Below, piece after piece: positions 50,603 through 61,282 of a stretch of 64,000 bases of DNA. Within the stretch, counting starts at the first letter, position 1, and every line of letters begins with the position of its first letter. The stretch comes from an uncultured Acidimicrobiaceae bacterium (lineage in GTDB: Bacteria; Actinomycetota; Acidimicrobiia; Acidimicrobiales; Bog-793), in assembly GCA_963785415.1 (NCBI GenBank), contig CAWAVB010000001.1, positions 1,973,479 to 2,037,478 of the forward strand, in the 5' to 3' direction. A program made the translations under genes and the position numbers. The notes under the pieces are model-generated. The model ran no database searches. It was not told the origin of the DNA and saw nothing but the letters and a program-made list of their open reading frames with translations.

Positions 50603-51496
50603 ATGCCCGATGTCGTCTTCGTCGGAGTCTCGACCCGCCAGTCGCTCGTCCATCGCGTCTGGCCCCGGTGGCAGTCGGTGCTCGGCACGGCGTGCGGCGT
50701 GCGTTCGGTGGAACTCGGACTGGGAGCCGACGACGCGGACTTCGTCCGGCTCCTCGACGGGCTGCGCGACGACGCGGACGTTGCGGGTGCCGTGGTCACC
50801 GCGCACAAGGTGCGGGTCTTTTCCGCAGGGCAGTCGTGCTTCGCCCGTCTCGACCCGCTCGCGCTCGCCTGTCGCGAGGTGAACGCGATCCGACGCGGCC
50901 CCGACGGCCTGTGGGGCTGGGCCCGCGACCCGGTCTCGGTCGGGCGCGTCGTCGACCGCATCTGGCCGCGCCCCGACGGCCAGGTGGTCTGCCTCGGCGC
51001 GGGAGGAACGGCGCGGGCGCTCGCGGTCCACCTCGCGACCCGGCGGGCCGTCACGTTCGTTGCCGCCGACCGGGACCCGGCTGCCCCCGGCGATCTCGCC
51101 CGGCATCTTGCGGGACGCCTGGACGCGCGCGTCGGCGAGGGGCCGTGGGACGACCTCGTCGCCGCCGCCCCGCCCGGATCGCTCGTCGTGAACGCGACCG
51201 GGATGGGCAAGGACCGTCCCGGCGCGCCCACCTCAGACGCCGTGCGCTTCCCCGAAGGCGCGGTCGTGTGGGAGCTCAACTACCGCGGTGAACTCTCCTT
51301 CCTCGCCCAGGCGCGTCGCCAGGCGAAGGCGAGGGGTCTCGAGGTCCACGACGGGTGGGAGCTGTTCTGCCACGGTTGGGCCGCGGCACTCAGTGTCGTC
51401 TTCGGCCTTCCCGACGCCGCCGGACTCGGCGACCGGCTCGCCCGGGCCGCTGCTGCGTTCCGTCCCGCGGGACCTGAACCGACGGCGGCGGCCTGA
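50603..51496 (+). CDS. Shikimate-dehydrogenase-like oxidoreductase
   Basis: GAVVTAHK, LGAGGTARA, VNATGMGK, WELNY, DGW. Confidence 0.75.
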   Translation: MPDVVFVGVSTRQSLVHRVWPRWQSVLGTACGVRSVELGLGADDADFVRLLDGLRDDADVAGAVVTAHKVRVFSAGQSCFARLDPLALACREVNAIRRGPDGLWGWARDPVSVGRVVDRIWPRPDGQVVCLGAGGTARALAVHLATRRAVTFVAADRDPAAPGDLARHLAGRLDARVGEGPWDDLVAAAPPGSLVVNATGMGKDRPGAPTSDAVRFPEGAVVWELNYRGELSFLAQARRQAKARGLEVHDGWELFCHGWAAALSVVFGLPDAAGLGDRLARAAAAFRPAGPEPTAAA

Positions 51497-51551
51497 CCCG
51501 GGCCGCCGGAGGCGGGCACTAAGGTCATCTGCCGCCAAGGAGAATCGCGCG

Positions 51552-51911
51552 ATGCCGCAGCTGCGACGACAAAGCTCCGATGTGCCCGAGATCGAGCCGG
51601 CCGAGGCCGTGCAACTCCTCGACGAGGGCGCCTTCATCCTCGACGTGCGCGAGTCGGACGAGTTCTCCCAGGGCTGCGCCGCGGGTGCGGTCCACATCCC
51701 GTTCGGCTCGCTCGACGATCGTCTCGGCGAGGTGCCGAGCGACCGGCCGGTCATCGTCGTGTGCCGGTCCGGCGGCCGCTCCTACGAGGTGGCGAGGACG
51801 CTGGCGACGCGGGGGTACGTCTCGATGAACCTCGCCGGCGGGATGTATGCCTGGCACGACGAGGGGCTCCCGGTCGTGCGCGACGACGGCTCGCCCGGGG
51901 TCATCGCTTAG
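51552..51911 (+). CDS. Rhodanese-like protein
   Basis: LDVRE, GAVHIP, VCRSGGRS, NLAGGMYAW. Confidence 0.92.
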   Translation: MPQLRRQSSDVPEIEPAEAVQLLDEGAFILDVRESDEFSQGCAAGAVHIPFGSLDDRLGEVPSDRPVIVVCRSGGRSYEVARTLATRGYVSMNLAGGMYAWHDEGLPVVRDDGSPGVIA

Positions 51912-51993
51912 GGTCGGCGCGATCGCTTCCGGTGCGCCCGGCGACGAGCGCTCTTTAGGCCCAGGACACGGTGTTCAGCTCCGAGGAGGGTTG

Positions 51994-53502
51994 ATGGCGG
52001 TATTCGACGAGGGCTTCGCGGCGCTGCCGTTCGACGCGGTCCGGTCCGCGGCGCTCGACAGGGCGGGGGAGCTCGGGTGCCGCCACGCCGATCTGCGGAT
52101 CGAGAGGATCCGGACCCAGGCGGTCATGCTGCGCGACGCGCGCCTCGAGGGCGCCGTCGACGACCTCACGCTCGGCATGGGGGTCCGCGTCGTGCGGGAC
52201 GGCGCGATCGGCTTCGCGGGAAGCGTCGAGATCGACGCCGACGCGGCCGTCGGTCTCGTCGAGCGCGCCGTCGAGGCGGCGACGGTCACGGCGCGGGCCG
52301 GAGGGGAGGCGGTCGAGCTCGCCGAGGAGCCCGACCACGGCTCGGCCGAGTGGACTGCCCCATACCGGACCGACCCGACGCAGGTGCCGCTCGCCGTCAA
52401 GATCGGCCGCCTCGCCGCCTGGAGCGCCGACGTGCTCGCGGCACCAAGCGTCGACCACGTCACCGCCTCGCTGCTGTGCGTCGCCGAGGACAAGTACTTC
52501 GCCAACCTCACCGGGACGACGACGACCCAGCGACGCGTCCGGCTCCAGCCGAGCCTCGAGGCGCTCGGCCTCGACGACGGTTCGTCGGGTTTCGAAACGA
52601 TGCGGACCGTCGCGCCGCCGGCCGGGCGGGGCTATGAGTACCTCGACGGGGAAGGGTGGGACTTCCGGGCCGAGCTCGCCGAGCTCCCGGGGTTGCTCGC
52701 CGACAAGCTGCACGCGCCCTCGGTCGAGCCCGGCGCCTACGACCTCGTCATCGACCCGACGAACCTGTGGCTCACGATCCACGAGTCCGTGGGACACGCC
52801 ACCGAGCTCGACCGGGCGCTCGGTTACGAGGCGGCCTACGCCGGCACGTCGTTCGCGACGCCCGATCAGCTCGGTCGCCTCCGCTACGGGTCCGACCTCA
52901 TGCACGTGACCGGGGACCGCACGGCCCCCTACGGGCTCGCCACCATCGGCTACGACGACGAGGGCGTCGCCGCGCAGCAGTTCGACCTCGTCTCGGGCGG
53001 GGTCCTCGTCGGTTACCAGCTCGACCGGCGCATCGCCGCGGCGACCGGTGCGGCCCGCTCGAACGGGTGCGCCTTCGCCGACTCGCCGCTCAACATCCCG
53101 ATCCAGCGCATGGCGAACGTCTCGCTCTGCCCGGCGCCGGGTTCCGGCCCGACGACGGACGAGCTCGTCGCCGGGGTCGACCGGGGCATCTACGTCGTCG
53201 GCGACAAGAGCTGGTCGATCGACATGCAGCGCTACAACTTCCAGTTCACCGGGCAGCGGTTCTTTTTGATCGAGCACGGCCGCCTCGCCGGCCAGCTGCG
53301 CGACGTCGCCTACCAGGCGACGACGACCGATTTCTGGGGCGCGCTCGCCGCGTTGGGCGGCGAGTCGACCTACCTGCTCGGCGGGGCCTTCAACTGCGGC
53401 AAGGGACAACCGGGCCAGGTCGCGCCCGTGAGCCACGGCACGCCGTCCGCCCTTTTCCGCCAGATCCGGGTGCTGAACACCCGGGCGGAGTCGGGACGAT
53501 GA
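51994..53502 (+). CDS. tldD: TldD-family metalloprotease
   Basis: IHESVGHATELDR, YDDEGV, QRMANV, NCGKGQP. Confidence 0.92.
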   Translation: MAVFDEGFAALPFDAVRSAALDRAGELGCRHADLRIERIRTQAVMLRDARLEGAVDDLTLGMGVRVVRDGAIGFAGSVEIDADAAVGLVERAVEAATVTARAGGEAVELAEEPDHGSAEWTAPYRTDPTQVPLAVKIGRLAAWSADVLAAPSVDHVTASLLCVAEDKYFANLTGTTTTQRRVRLQPSLEALGLDDGSSGFETMRTVAPPAGRGYEYLDGEGWDFRAELAELPGLLADKLHAPSVEPGAYDLVIDPTNLWLTIHESVGHATELDRALGYEAAYAGTSFATPDQLGRLRYGSDLMHVTGDRTAPYGLATIGYDDEGVAAQQFDLVSGGVLVGYQLDRRIAAATGAARSNGCAFADSPLNIPIQRMANVSLCPAPGSGPTTDELVAGVDRGIYVVGDKSWSIDMQRYNFQFTGQRFFLIEHGRLAGQLRDVAYQATTTDFWGALAALGGESTYLLGGAFNCGKGQPGQVAPVSHGTPSALFRQIRVLNTRAESGR

Positions 53503-54899
53503 GGGGCGACGGGTCTCCCGGGCTGCCGGCGGCGCCCGACGTCGTCGACGAGGCGCTCGCCGCGTCGCGGGCGGCGGGGTGCGTCGTCATCGTCGACGAG
53601 GTGAGCGACGCCAACGTGCGCTTCGCCAACAACCAGACGACGACGAACGGCGTGCGCCGGGACCGCCGCGTCACGGTCGTGAGCTTCGTCGAGGACCGGT
53701 CGGGGGTCCGCTCGGGCGTCGCCTCGGCGTCCGGACCGGTCGAGATCGCCGCCCTGGTCGCCGCGTCGCAAGCCGAAGCCGAGGGTTCGGAGCCCGCCGA
53801 GGACGCCTCGCCGCTCGAGCCGGCGGGGACGGACGCCTCGTTCGCCGAGCCGCCAGAAACGACCGATCTCGGCGTGTTCGCGGGCGTGCTCGAAGACCTC
53901 GGACCGGCGTTTCGCGTGGCGCGCGCCGAGGGCCGCGTGCTCGCCGGCTTCGCGATCCACGAGCTGCGCACGACCTACCTCGGCTCGTCGGAGGGCGGGC
54001 GCCGGCGCCACGTCCAGCCGACGGGGGCGTTCGAGCTCGTCGCCCGCACGCTGAACGGCGCGGCGTCGTCGTGGGCGGGCATGGGCACGCCGGACTTCGC
54101 CGACGTGTCGCTCGAGCGCCTCGACGAGCGGCTCCGGCGGCGGCTCGGGTGGGCGCAGCGCCGGTTCGACCTCGAGCCCGGCCGGTACGAGGTGATCCTC
54201 CCCCCGGACGCCGTCGCCGACCTCGTACTGGAGCTCGACTTCGCGGCCTCCGGCCGGGAGGCCGAGGACGGCGGCACGGTGTACTCGGCCGGACCCGGGC
54301 GCACCCGGGCCGGCGAGCGGCTGACGGGGCTGCCCTTCGACCTGTGGAGCGACCCGTCCGCGCCGGGGATCGAGTGCGCACCGTTCGTCGTCGCTCCCGT
54401 CTCGGGCGCCGACACGTCGGTGTTCGACAACGGGCTCGGCGTCGACGAGACGCACTGGATTCGCGACGGCGTGCTCGAGCGCCTCCGCTACCACCGCGCC
54501 GGGGCGCGGCGGTCGCAGGTCGAGTTCGCCCCGCCGGCCGACAACCTGCTGCTCGCCCTGCCGGGGGCGGCCGCATCGCTCGACGATCTCATCGCCCACA
54601 CCGAGCGGGGGCTGCTCCTCACCTGCCTGTGGTACATCCGCGAGGTCGACCGGTCGACGCTTTTGCTCACCGGGCTCACCCGCGACGGCGTCTACCTCGT
54701 CGAAAACGGAGAGGTCGTCGGTGCGGTGAACAACTTCCGGTTCAACGAGAGCCCGCTCGACGCGCTCGGCAAGACGGTCGAGGCGACGCGGAGCGAACGG
54801 GCGCTCTCGCGCGAGTGGCACGAGTGGGCGAACCGCACGGCAATGCCGGGGCTGCGCGTCGCCGAGTTCAACATGAGCTCGGTCAGCCCGGCGAGCTGA
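53499..54899 (+). CDS. TldE/PmbA-family protein
   Basis: RFANN..TTNG, PGRYEVILPP, TGLTRDG, NNFRFNESP. ATGA overlap with tldD. Confidence 0.88.
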   Translation: MRGDGSPGLPAAPDVVDEALAASRAAGCVVIVDEVSDANVRFANNQTTTNGVRRDRRVTVVSFVEDRSGVRSGVASASGPVEIAALVAASQAEAEGSEPAEDASPLEPAGTDASFAEPPETTDLGVFAGVLEDLGPAFRVARAEGRVLAGFAIHELRTTYLGSSEGGRRRHVQPTGAFELVARTLNGAASSWAGMGTPDFADVSLERLDERLRRRLGWAQRRFDLEPGRYEVILPPDAVADLVLELDFAASGREAEDGGTVYSAGPGRTRAGERLTGLPFDLWSDPSAPGIECAPFVVAPVSGADTSVFDNGLGVDETHWIRDGVLERLRYHRAGARRSQVEFAPPADNLLLALPGAAASLDDLIAHTERGLLLTCLWYIREVDRSTLLLTGLTRDGVYLVENGEVVGAVNNFRFNESPLDALGKTVEATRSERALSREWHEWANRTAMPGLRVAEFNMSSVSPAS

Positions 54900-54956
54900 G
54901 CGCGATGCAACGCCCGAACCGCACGGCGGGCCGCGGAGCTCCGGCATGCTAGGGGC

Positions 54957-56481
54957 ATGACGACGACCGGCGCGACCCCGCGCGCGTGCGGCGCGTACCC
55001 GTAGCGCGAAGGCGACGCCGCAGGCGGTTCCGCCCAAGCGCGTCGCGCACGGCCCGCGCCGGCGCACGAAGATCGTCGCGACGATCGGGCCGGCATCCGA
55101 CGCCGCCGAGACCCTCGTCCAGATGGCGAAGGCGGGGATGGACGTCGCCCGGATCCCACTCGCCCACTCGTCGATGTCCGAGGCGATCGATCGCATCCGG
55201 CGCATCCGGGCCGTCGTCCCGCACGTCGCGGTGCTCGCCGATCTTCCGGGCCCGAAGATCCGCTGCACGCGCTTTCCGGACGGCGGTGTCACGCTCGCCG
55301 CGGGGGACGAGATCGTCCTCGCTCCCGGGTCAGCGGCCCCGTCGAGCACGGCGAAGCGCGTCGGAGTGGCCCTCGACCAGGCGGTCACCGACCTCGAGGA
55401 GGGCGACCGGGTCGCGATCGGTGACGGGGGCGTCGCGCTCGTCGTCGTCGGACGCCGCGGCGACGACGCCGTCTGCGCCGTGGTGAGCGGCGGACGCGTC
55501 CAGGGCCAGCCCGGGGTGACGATCCCGGCAAGCCGGATCTCGCTGTCGACGCCGACCCCGGAGGACATCGAGCGGACCCACGAGCTCGTCGCCGAGGGCG
55601 TCGACCTCATCGCCGTCTCCTTCGTCCGCTTCCCCGGCGACATGGAGGCCGCCCGCGCCGCCCTCGGGGGCGACAAGACGATGCTCATCGCCAAGATCGA
55701 GACGCCCGACGGCGTCGAGCACCTCGACGCGATCCTGCGCGCGAGCGACGCCGTCATGGTCGCCCGCGGCGACCTCGGCGTGCGCGTCCCGCTCGAGGAC
55801 GTGCCGCACATCCAGAAAGAGATCATCCGCACCGGAGTCCGGCTCGGCATGCCGGTGATCACGGCGACCCAGATGCTCGAGTCGATGATCAACCTGCCGG
55901 TCCCGACCCGGGCAGAGGTGACCGACGTCGCCAACGCCGTCCTCGACGGCACGAGCGCCGTCATGCTCTCGGCCGAGACCGCCATCGGCCGGTTCCCGGT
56001 CCGGACCTGCGAGACGATGGCCCGCATCGTGCTGCGCGCCGAGGAGGACTTCGACTACCTCGGGTGGGGATCCCACCTCGACCCCCAGGAGGTTGCCGGG
56101 GACGCGGCGGCGCCGGCGCGGGTCACCGCGGCGATCACGGCGGCCGGGTGGCGCGCCGCGCTCGAGATGGACGCCGTCGCCATCGTCGCCTGCACGCGGT
56201 CGGGCGCCACGGCACGGGCGATCTCGCGGTTCCGGCCGCGCATGCGGATCGTCGCCGCGACGACCTCGCGGCGGGTCCAGCGCCAGCTCGCGCTGAGTTG
56301 GGGGGTCGAGACCGTCATCGTCGGCGACTCAGCCTCGACCGACGACGTCATCCGCCAGTCCGTCGAGGCGACGGTCGCGACGGGCGCCGCCGCGCCGGGC
56401 GACGTCGTCGTCGTCCTCGCCGGCTCGCCGCACTCCGAGGTCGTCGTGTCGAACACCCTCGAGGTGATCCGGGTCACCTAG
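54957..56481 (+). CDS. pyk: Pyruvate kinase (start apparently frameshifted)
   Basis: RRTKIVATIGP, DLPGPKIR, AKIE, MVARGDLG, ATQMLESM, PTRAEVTDVANAV. The nearest ATG (54957) is out of frame, and an in-frame TGA lies at 54958. Confidence 0.9.
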
Positions 56482-57286
56482 CACTTCCGGCCCCGGCCGG
56501 CCCCGGCCCGGGCCGGGGTCGCCGGCGGGGCAGGACGGCGATCCCGCCTTCGCCGTCGTCGATGACGCGCAGCTCGGCGCCGTAGTGGCGGGCGAGCGCC
56601 GCCTCCGTCAGGACCTCGCGCGCCGTACCGTCGGCGATGATCCTCCCGCCGGCGAGGAGCGCGAGGCGGTCGGCGAACTCGCCGGCGAGGGTGAGATCGT
56701 GCATCGCCGAGACGACGGTGAGCCCGTGCTCGTCGCGCAACTCGTCGACGAGCTCGAGGACGTGTTGGCCGTGGCCGACGTCGAGCGCCGCGGTCGGCTC
56801 GTCGAGGAGCAGGACCGGCGCCTCCTGGGCGAGCGCCCGGGCGAGCACGGCGCGCTGGGCCTCGCCGCCCGAGAGCGAGCCGAGGGTCCGCCCGGCGAGC
56901 CCGTCGAGGCCGAGACGGGTAAGCACCCCGGCGGTGACGGCGCGGTCGTGCCGGCTCTCCGTGCCGAAAAAGGCGATGTGCGGGGTCCGGCCGAGCGCCA
57001 CGTAGTCGGTCACCGTCGTCGTCGCCGGCAGGACCGGACGCTGGGGGACATAGGCGACCGCCCGCGCCAGGCGTCGCCGGCTCGCCGTGTCGATCGCCTC
57101 GTCGTCGAAGCGCACCTCGCCGTGGTGGGCGACGAGGCCGCCGAGGGCGCGGAGCAGTGTCGTCTTGCCGCCGCCGTTCGGCCCGATGAGGCAGAGCCAA
57201 CCGCCCGAGTCGACCTCGAGCGAGATGCCCGCGACGACCTCGTGGCCCTCGTAGGCGACGCGGAGCCCGGTAGCCGAGACCTTCAC
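56474..57286 (-). CDS. Cobalamin/iron-chelate ABC transporter ATP-binding protein (BtuD/FecE-like)
   Basis: GPNGGGKTT, LSGGEAQR, LLLDEPT, MHDL. Confidence 0.92.
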   Translation of the reverse strand: MKVSATGLRVAYEGHEVVAGISLEVDSGGWLCLIGPNGGGKTTLLRALGGLVAHHGEVRFDDEAIDTASRRRLARAVAYVPQRPVLPATTTVTDYVALGRTPHIAFFGTESRHDRAVTAGVLTRLGLDGLAGRTLGSLSGGEAQRAVLARALAQEAPVLLLDEPTAALDVGHGQHVLELVDELRDEHGLTVVSAMHDLTLAGEFADRLALLAGGRIIADGTAREVLTEAALARHYGAELRVIDDGEGGIAVLPRRRPRPGPGPAGAGSAR

Positions 57287-58346
57287 GACGCCCGCCTCGA
57301 CTGGCGCAGCACGACGAGGAAGAACGGCGCACCGACGAACGCCGTGACGACGCCGAGCGGCACCTCGGCGGGCGACAGGACGGTGCGGGCGACGAGGTCG
57401 GCGAGGATGAGGAACGCCGCGCCGCCGAGGATCGAAAGCGGCAGGATCCGCCGGTAGCTCGGACCGACGACGAGCCGGACGGTGTGCGGCACGATGATGC
57501 CGACGAAGCCGACGAGCCCGCTTACCGCGACGACCGCCGCCGTGGCGAGCGTCGAGGCGACGACGACGAGGAGGCGGACGCGTCCGGCCTTCACGCCAAG
57601 GCTGTCGGCCTCCTCGTCGCCGACGGCCATCACGTCGAGGAGCCGGCGGCAGGCGAGGAGGATGGCGCCGCAGACGACGACGTAGGGGACGACGAGCCCG
57701 ACCTCCTGCCAGTCCGCCGTGGAGAGCCCTCCGAGGATCCAGGAGTAGACCTGCTCGAGCGTCGCCGTGTTGCGTTGTTGGGTGTAGGTCTGGATCGCCG
57801 TGAAGAACGAGCCGACGGCGACACCGGCGAGGATGAGGCTCGTCGTCGTGCGCTGGCGCTGGCCGGAGCGGCCGAGCACGTAGGTGAGGGCGACGGCGAC
57901 GAGCGCGCCGGCGAACGCGGCGAGCGGCACCGGATCGACCACCCACGACGTCGCGCCCGGCACGGCGGCGACGGCGATCGTCGCGCCGAGCCCGGCCCCG
58001 GCCGCCACGCCGAGCAGGTAGGGGTCGGCAAGGGGGTTCTGGAACACGCCCTGGTAGGAGGCCCCCGCCATGGCGAGGGTCGCGCCGACGAGGGCGCCGA
58101 GCACGACGCGGGGGCGCGGATCTGCCAGACGATCCCGGAGTCGAGTGCCGAGACGTGGCTGTGGTAGCCGAGGGGCAGTTTCGAGACGAGCACCGAGAGC
58201 ACCGTCCCGGGCGACAGGTCCGCCGGCCCGATGAGCACCGACACGAGGGCCGCACCGGCGAGCACCACGCAGGCACCGACGAGGAGCCACGGGCCGAGGC
58301 GGGCCCGCGCCAGACCCGGCGTCGGCCCGCCCGCCCGCCGGGTCAG
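57283..58346 (-). CDS. FecCD/BtuC-family permease with one-base frameshift near 58112
   Basis: ...GIVWQIRA|PRVVLGALVG joins if one C is added to a C5 run. QNPLADPYLLG, GFVGIIVPH. Start approximate. Confidence 0.85.
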
Positions 58347-59335
58347 GCGCCGCCGTGCCGCTTGATCCGCCACAGCGCGGCTTCGATGTCCCGGGCGAGG
58401 ACGACGACCCGGGGGCCCCAACGCGAGGCGATGTCGTCGTTCAGCCCGACGACGGCCCCGTCGCGCACGGCGGCGACGCTTCCCCACCCCGGTCGGGCCG
58501 CGACGGTGTGCGCCGACTGGCCGCAGCAGATCGTGTCGGCGAGGAAGATGATCCGGGGGTCGGCCTTCACGATGTACTCGTCGGAGAGCTGCGGGTAGCC
58601 GCTCGACGCGCCCTTGGCGGCGTCCGCGATGTCCCGTAGCCCGAACATCTTGAGCAGCTGGCCGACATAGGTCGACGACGTGACCGAGTAGAAGTCCGTC
58701 TCAAGTTCGAAGTAGTAGGTCTCGGGCGGGGAAAAGCGCGGCGCGCCGGCGATCGCCGCCGCGATCTCGGCGCGCATGCGCCGCACGAGTGCGACCGCCC
58801 GGCCGGCGTGGCCGGTGACCCTCCCGAGCGCCTCGATCTGGGCGTAGGTGCCGGCGAGATCCGTCGCAGCCGGTTCGAGCAGGACGCGCACTCCGAGCGC
58901 GGCGAGCGACTTCACGAACCCCTCGGGGTTGTAGGAGACGACGACGAGATCGGGGTTGTAGCGCGCGATCGCCTCGATGTTCGGTTCGAGGCCCGAGAGC
59001 TTCGTGCGCGGGGCGTCAGCCGGGTAGTCGGAGTCTTCGTCGACGGCGACCACCTGGCGGCCCGCACCGATCGCGTAGAGCATCTCGGTCGCTGTCGGCG
59101 AGAGCGAGATGATCCGGTCCGGTGGCGTTGTTGTCGCCCCGATCGCGGCCGCGCTCGCGTGGCGCATGGCGTGGTCCGGGCGGATCGCGGCCTGGGTGGC
59201 TGATCCTGTGAGCAGCGACGCCAGGACCGCGACGGCGGCACCGGCGACGAGAAGGCCCCTCGGCCGTGGGGCCCGGCTTGTCCGCACCCGGGATCGCGGC
59301 GCGCGCCACCTCCCTAAACGGTCGAACGTGTTCAC
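58343..59335 (-). CDS. Cobalamin ABC substrate-binding protein (BtuF-like)
   Basis: RIISLSPTATEMLYAIG, PNIEAI...PDLV, RWGPR. Lies downstream of a B12 riboswitch. Confidence 0.9.
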   Translation of the reverse strand: MNTFDRLGRWRAPRSRVRTSRAPRPRGLLVAGAAVAVLASLLTGSATQAAIRPDHAMRHASAAAIGATTTPPDRIISLSPTATEMLYAIGAGRQVVAVDEDSDYPADAPRTKLSGLEPNIEAIARYNPDLVVVSYNPEGFVKSLAALGVRVLLEPAATDLAGTYAQIEALGRVTGHAGRAVALVRRMRAEIAAAIAGAPRFSPPETYYFELETDFYSVTSSTYVGQLLKMFGLRDIADAAKGASSGYPQLSDEYIVKADPRIIFLADTICCGQSAHTVAARPGWGSVAAVRDGAVVGLNDDIASRWGPRVVVLARDIEAALWRIKRHGGA

Positions 59336-59466
59336 ATCCCGCTCCTCCTGGCCGAGCGCGCGGCCTGTCGGTCGGCCTCACCCTCGGAGCGGGGACACCC
59401 CCGGGAAGGTCCCAGGGGCGCTGCACCTTGCAGCCGCCAACCTTGACGCGAGGCTCGACATCTCCT

Positions 59467-59639
59467 CCCGAGGCAGGTCTCCTGACTCCCGGATCAACGC
59501 TTCCCCGTGCCTTCCCAGGACCGGTGTCCCAGTGGCGTCGCTCGGGTTCGCTCCCCGGTCACAGTGGCGCGACCGTGCCGGACTCCCACCGGCTTCCCTT
59601 TTCGGCCACCGGCTCAACGTCGCCGGCGGCTACCTCGGG
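59467..59639 (-). promoter_or_regulatory. Cobalamin riboswitch
   Basis: Minus strand AAAAGGGAA-GCCGGTG..CCGGC..GCCACTGT...GCCACTGG..CTGGGAAGG...GAGTCAGGAGACCTGCC (B12 box), closed by CCCGAGG/CCTCGGG. Confidence 0.95.
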
Positions 59640-59698
59640 TGCTACGCAATTCGTGCAGCGGCGACATTCTGCACGGCACCCCCGACGGGTGCAACCAC

Positions 59699-60565
59699 CT
59701 AGGACGCCTCGTTCGTTGCCCGGCCGCCCGCGCCGCCCCGGCCGGCGCGCCGGGCCCGGGCGTCGCGCCGGCTGAGGGTGACGAAGACGGTGACCGCGGT
59801 CGCCGCGTAGGCGAGGTAGGCGATGAGCTGGAGCGCCGTCGGCTGGTCGGCGTAGCCGACGAGGGAGTGGAACACGTCGCCGATCGAGGAGCCCTCCGAA
59901 AGCTGCCGGCTCGTGTCCCACAGGTGGCCCGAGAGGATGTGGACCCAGCCGAGCTGCTGGAGGTTCTCGACGATGTCGGCGACGAGGCCGGCGGCGAAGA
60001 TCATGAGCACCGTCCCGACGACGGTGAAAAAGATCCCGAGGTTGACCCTCCGGCCGAGCCGGTAGATGGCGAAGGAGAACCCGAGCGCGCCGACGAGCCC
60101 GGCGACCGCCCCGACAAGCGTGCCGCGGGTGCCGGCGGCGAAGACGATCGCCAGGGTGAACACCGCCGTCTCGAGGCCCTCCCGCCCGACCGCCTGGAAG
60201 GCGAGGAGGCCGAGGCCGTAGCGCTCGCGCCGCCCGAGCGCCCGGTCGGCGCGGGCGGCGAGGTCGCGGGACATCGAACGGGCGTGCCGGCGCATCCAGA
60301 ACGTCATGTAGGTGAGCACGACGACGGCGAGGGCGTAGGTTGCCGTCTCGAAGATCGTCTGGACCCGCGATCCGCTGTAGGAGTGGATCGTGTAGTAGGC
60401 GGCGAACCCGCCGGCGGTGGCGAGCCCGACGGCGAGGCCGACGCCGACGAAGATGTCGCGGAAGTGGCGGCGCTGGCCCGTGCGGTCGAGGTACGAGAGC
60501 AGGATCGCGACGATGATGCTGGCCTCAGTGCCTTCGCGCAGGAAGATGACGAACGTCGCGAGCAA
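59699..60565 (-). CDS. FTR1/EfeU-family iron permease
   Basis: Two RExxE motifs (LREGTEA, GREGLET), MTFWM. Confidence 0.92.
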   Translation of the reverse strand: MLATFVIFLREGTEASIIVAILLSYLDRTGQRRHFRDIFVGVGLAVGLATAGGFAAYYTIHSYSGSRVQTIFETATYALAVVVLTYMTFWMRRHARSMSRDLAARADRALGRRERYGLGLLAFQAVGREGLETAVFTLAIVFAAGTRGTLVGAVAGLVGALGFSFAIYRLGRRVNLGIFFTVVGTVLMIFAAGLVADIVENLQQLGWVHILSGHLWDTSRQLSEGSSIGDVFHSLVGYADQPTALQLIAYLAYAATAVTVFVTLSRRDARARRAGRGGAGGRATNEAS

Positions 60566-60587
60566 CCGGCCCCCCGAAATCCCAATT

Positions 60588-60624
60588 TCAGGTGTACTTG
60601 ATATCTGACATCCAGTCAACCTGA
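60588..60624. promoter_or_regulatory. Inverted repeat, candidate metal-repressor operator
   Basis: TCAGGTGTACTTGAT-N7-ATCCAGTCAACCTGA (12/15 complementary) in an AT-rich patch between FTR1 and peroxiredoxin. Confidence 0.5.
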
Positions 60625-60734
60625 TATTCGTGGTTAACTGGAAATCGGCGGGGAGCATCGCCGCGTTGTTTGCCTATGGTGGATCGCGGGCCCGTTCCGT
60701 GGACAGGGCCGGCCGACGAGGGAGGAGGGCGGAC

Positions 60735-61217
60735 TTGACGATCGCTGTGGGGCAGCGCATCCCCGATGTCGAGCTGCGCACGATGGAGTCGAACGGGCCG
60801 CAGCCGGTCCGCAGCACGGACGTGCTGGGGCACGGGCGGGTGGTCGTCTTCGGGTTGCCGGGCGCGTTCACGCCGACGTGCACCGACTTCCACCTGCCGG
60901 GATTCGTCATGCGCGCCGAGGAGATGAAGGCGAAGGGGGTCGACGTCATCGCCTGTGTCTCGGTGAACGACGCCTGGGTGATGGATGCCTGGGGCTCCTA
61001 CCGCCGGGTCGGCGACAAGGTGCTCATGCTCGCCGATGGCAACGGCGAGTTCACCCGGGCGCTCGGGCTCGACGAGGACCTGTCGGCGAGCGGGCTCGGC
61101 GTGCGTTCGCAGCGCTACGCCGCCGTGCTCGACGACGGCGTCGTCACCTACCTCGGCATTGAGCCCGGGCCCGGGCTCTCGGTGAGCGGCGCCGAGGCGG
61201 TGCTCGAGGCCCTGTGA
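60735..61217 (+). CDS. Peroxiredoxin (Prx5-like)
   Basis: PGAFTPTCTDFHLPG, SVNDAWVM, ADGNG, RSQRYA. Confidence 0.93.
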   Translation: MTIAVGQRIPDVELRTMESNGPQPVRSTDVLGHGRVVVFGLPGAFTPTCTDFHLPGFVMRAEEMKAKGVDVIACVSVNDAWVMDAWGSYRRVGDKVLMLADGNGEFTRALGLDEDLSASGLGVRSQRYAAVLDDGVVTYLGIEPGPGLSVSGAEAVLEAL

Positions 61218-61246
61218 GGTCCCGACGGCGGGACGCACGGGAGGGG

Positions 61247-61275
61247 TTGACATGATTGTGAGTGGTTACTAACAT
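61247..61275 (+). promoter_or_regulatory. Sigma70-type promoter with embedded operator
   Basis: TTGACA-17 bp-TAACAT. The near-palindrome TGAGTGGTTACTAA spans the spacer and the -10. Confidence 0.75.
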
Positions 61276-61282
61276 CGTTGAT

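Noticed and set aside
33156-56027. Very long alternative-frame and antisense ORFs (e.g. 33156-36092, 39556-41955, 53370-56027)
   Set aside because: Shadow ORFs typical of high-GC coding DNA; they overlap well-supported genes and show no motifs.
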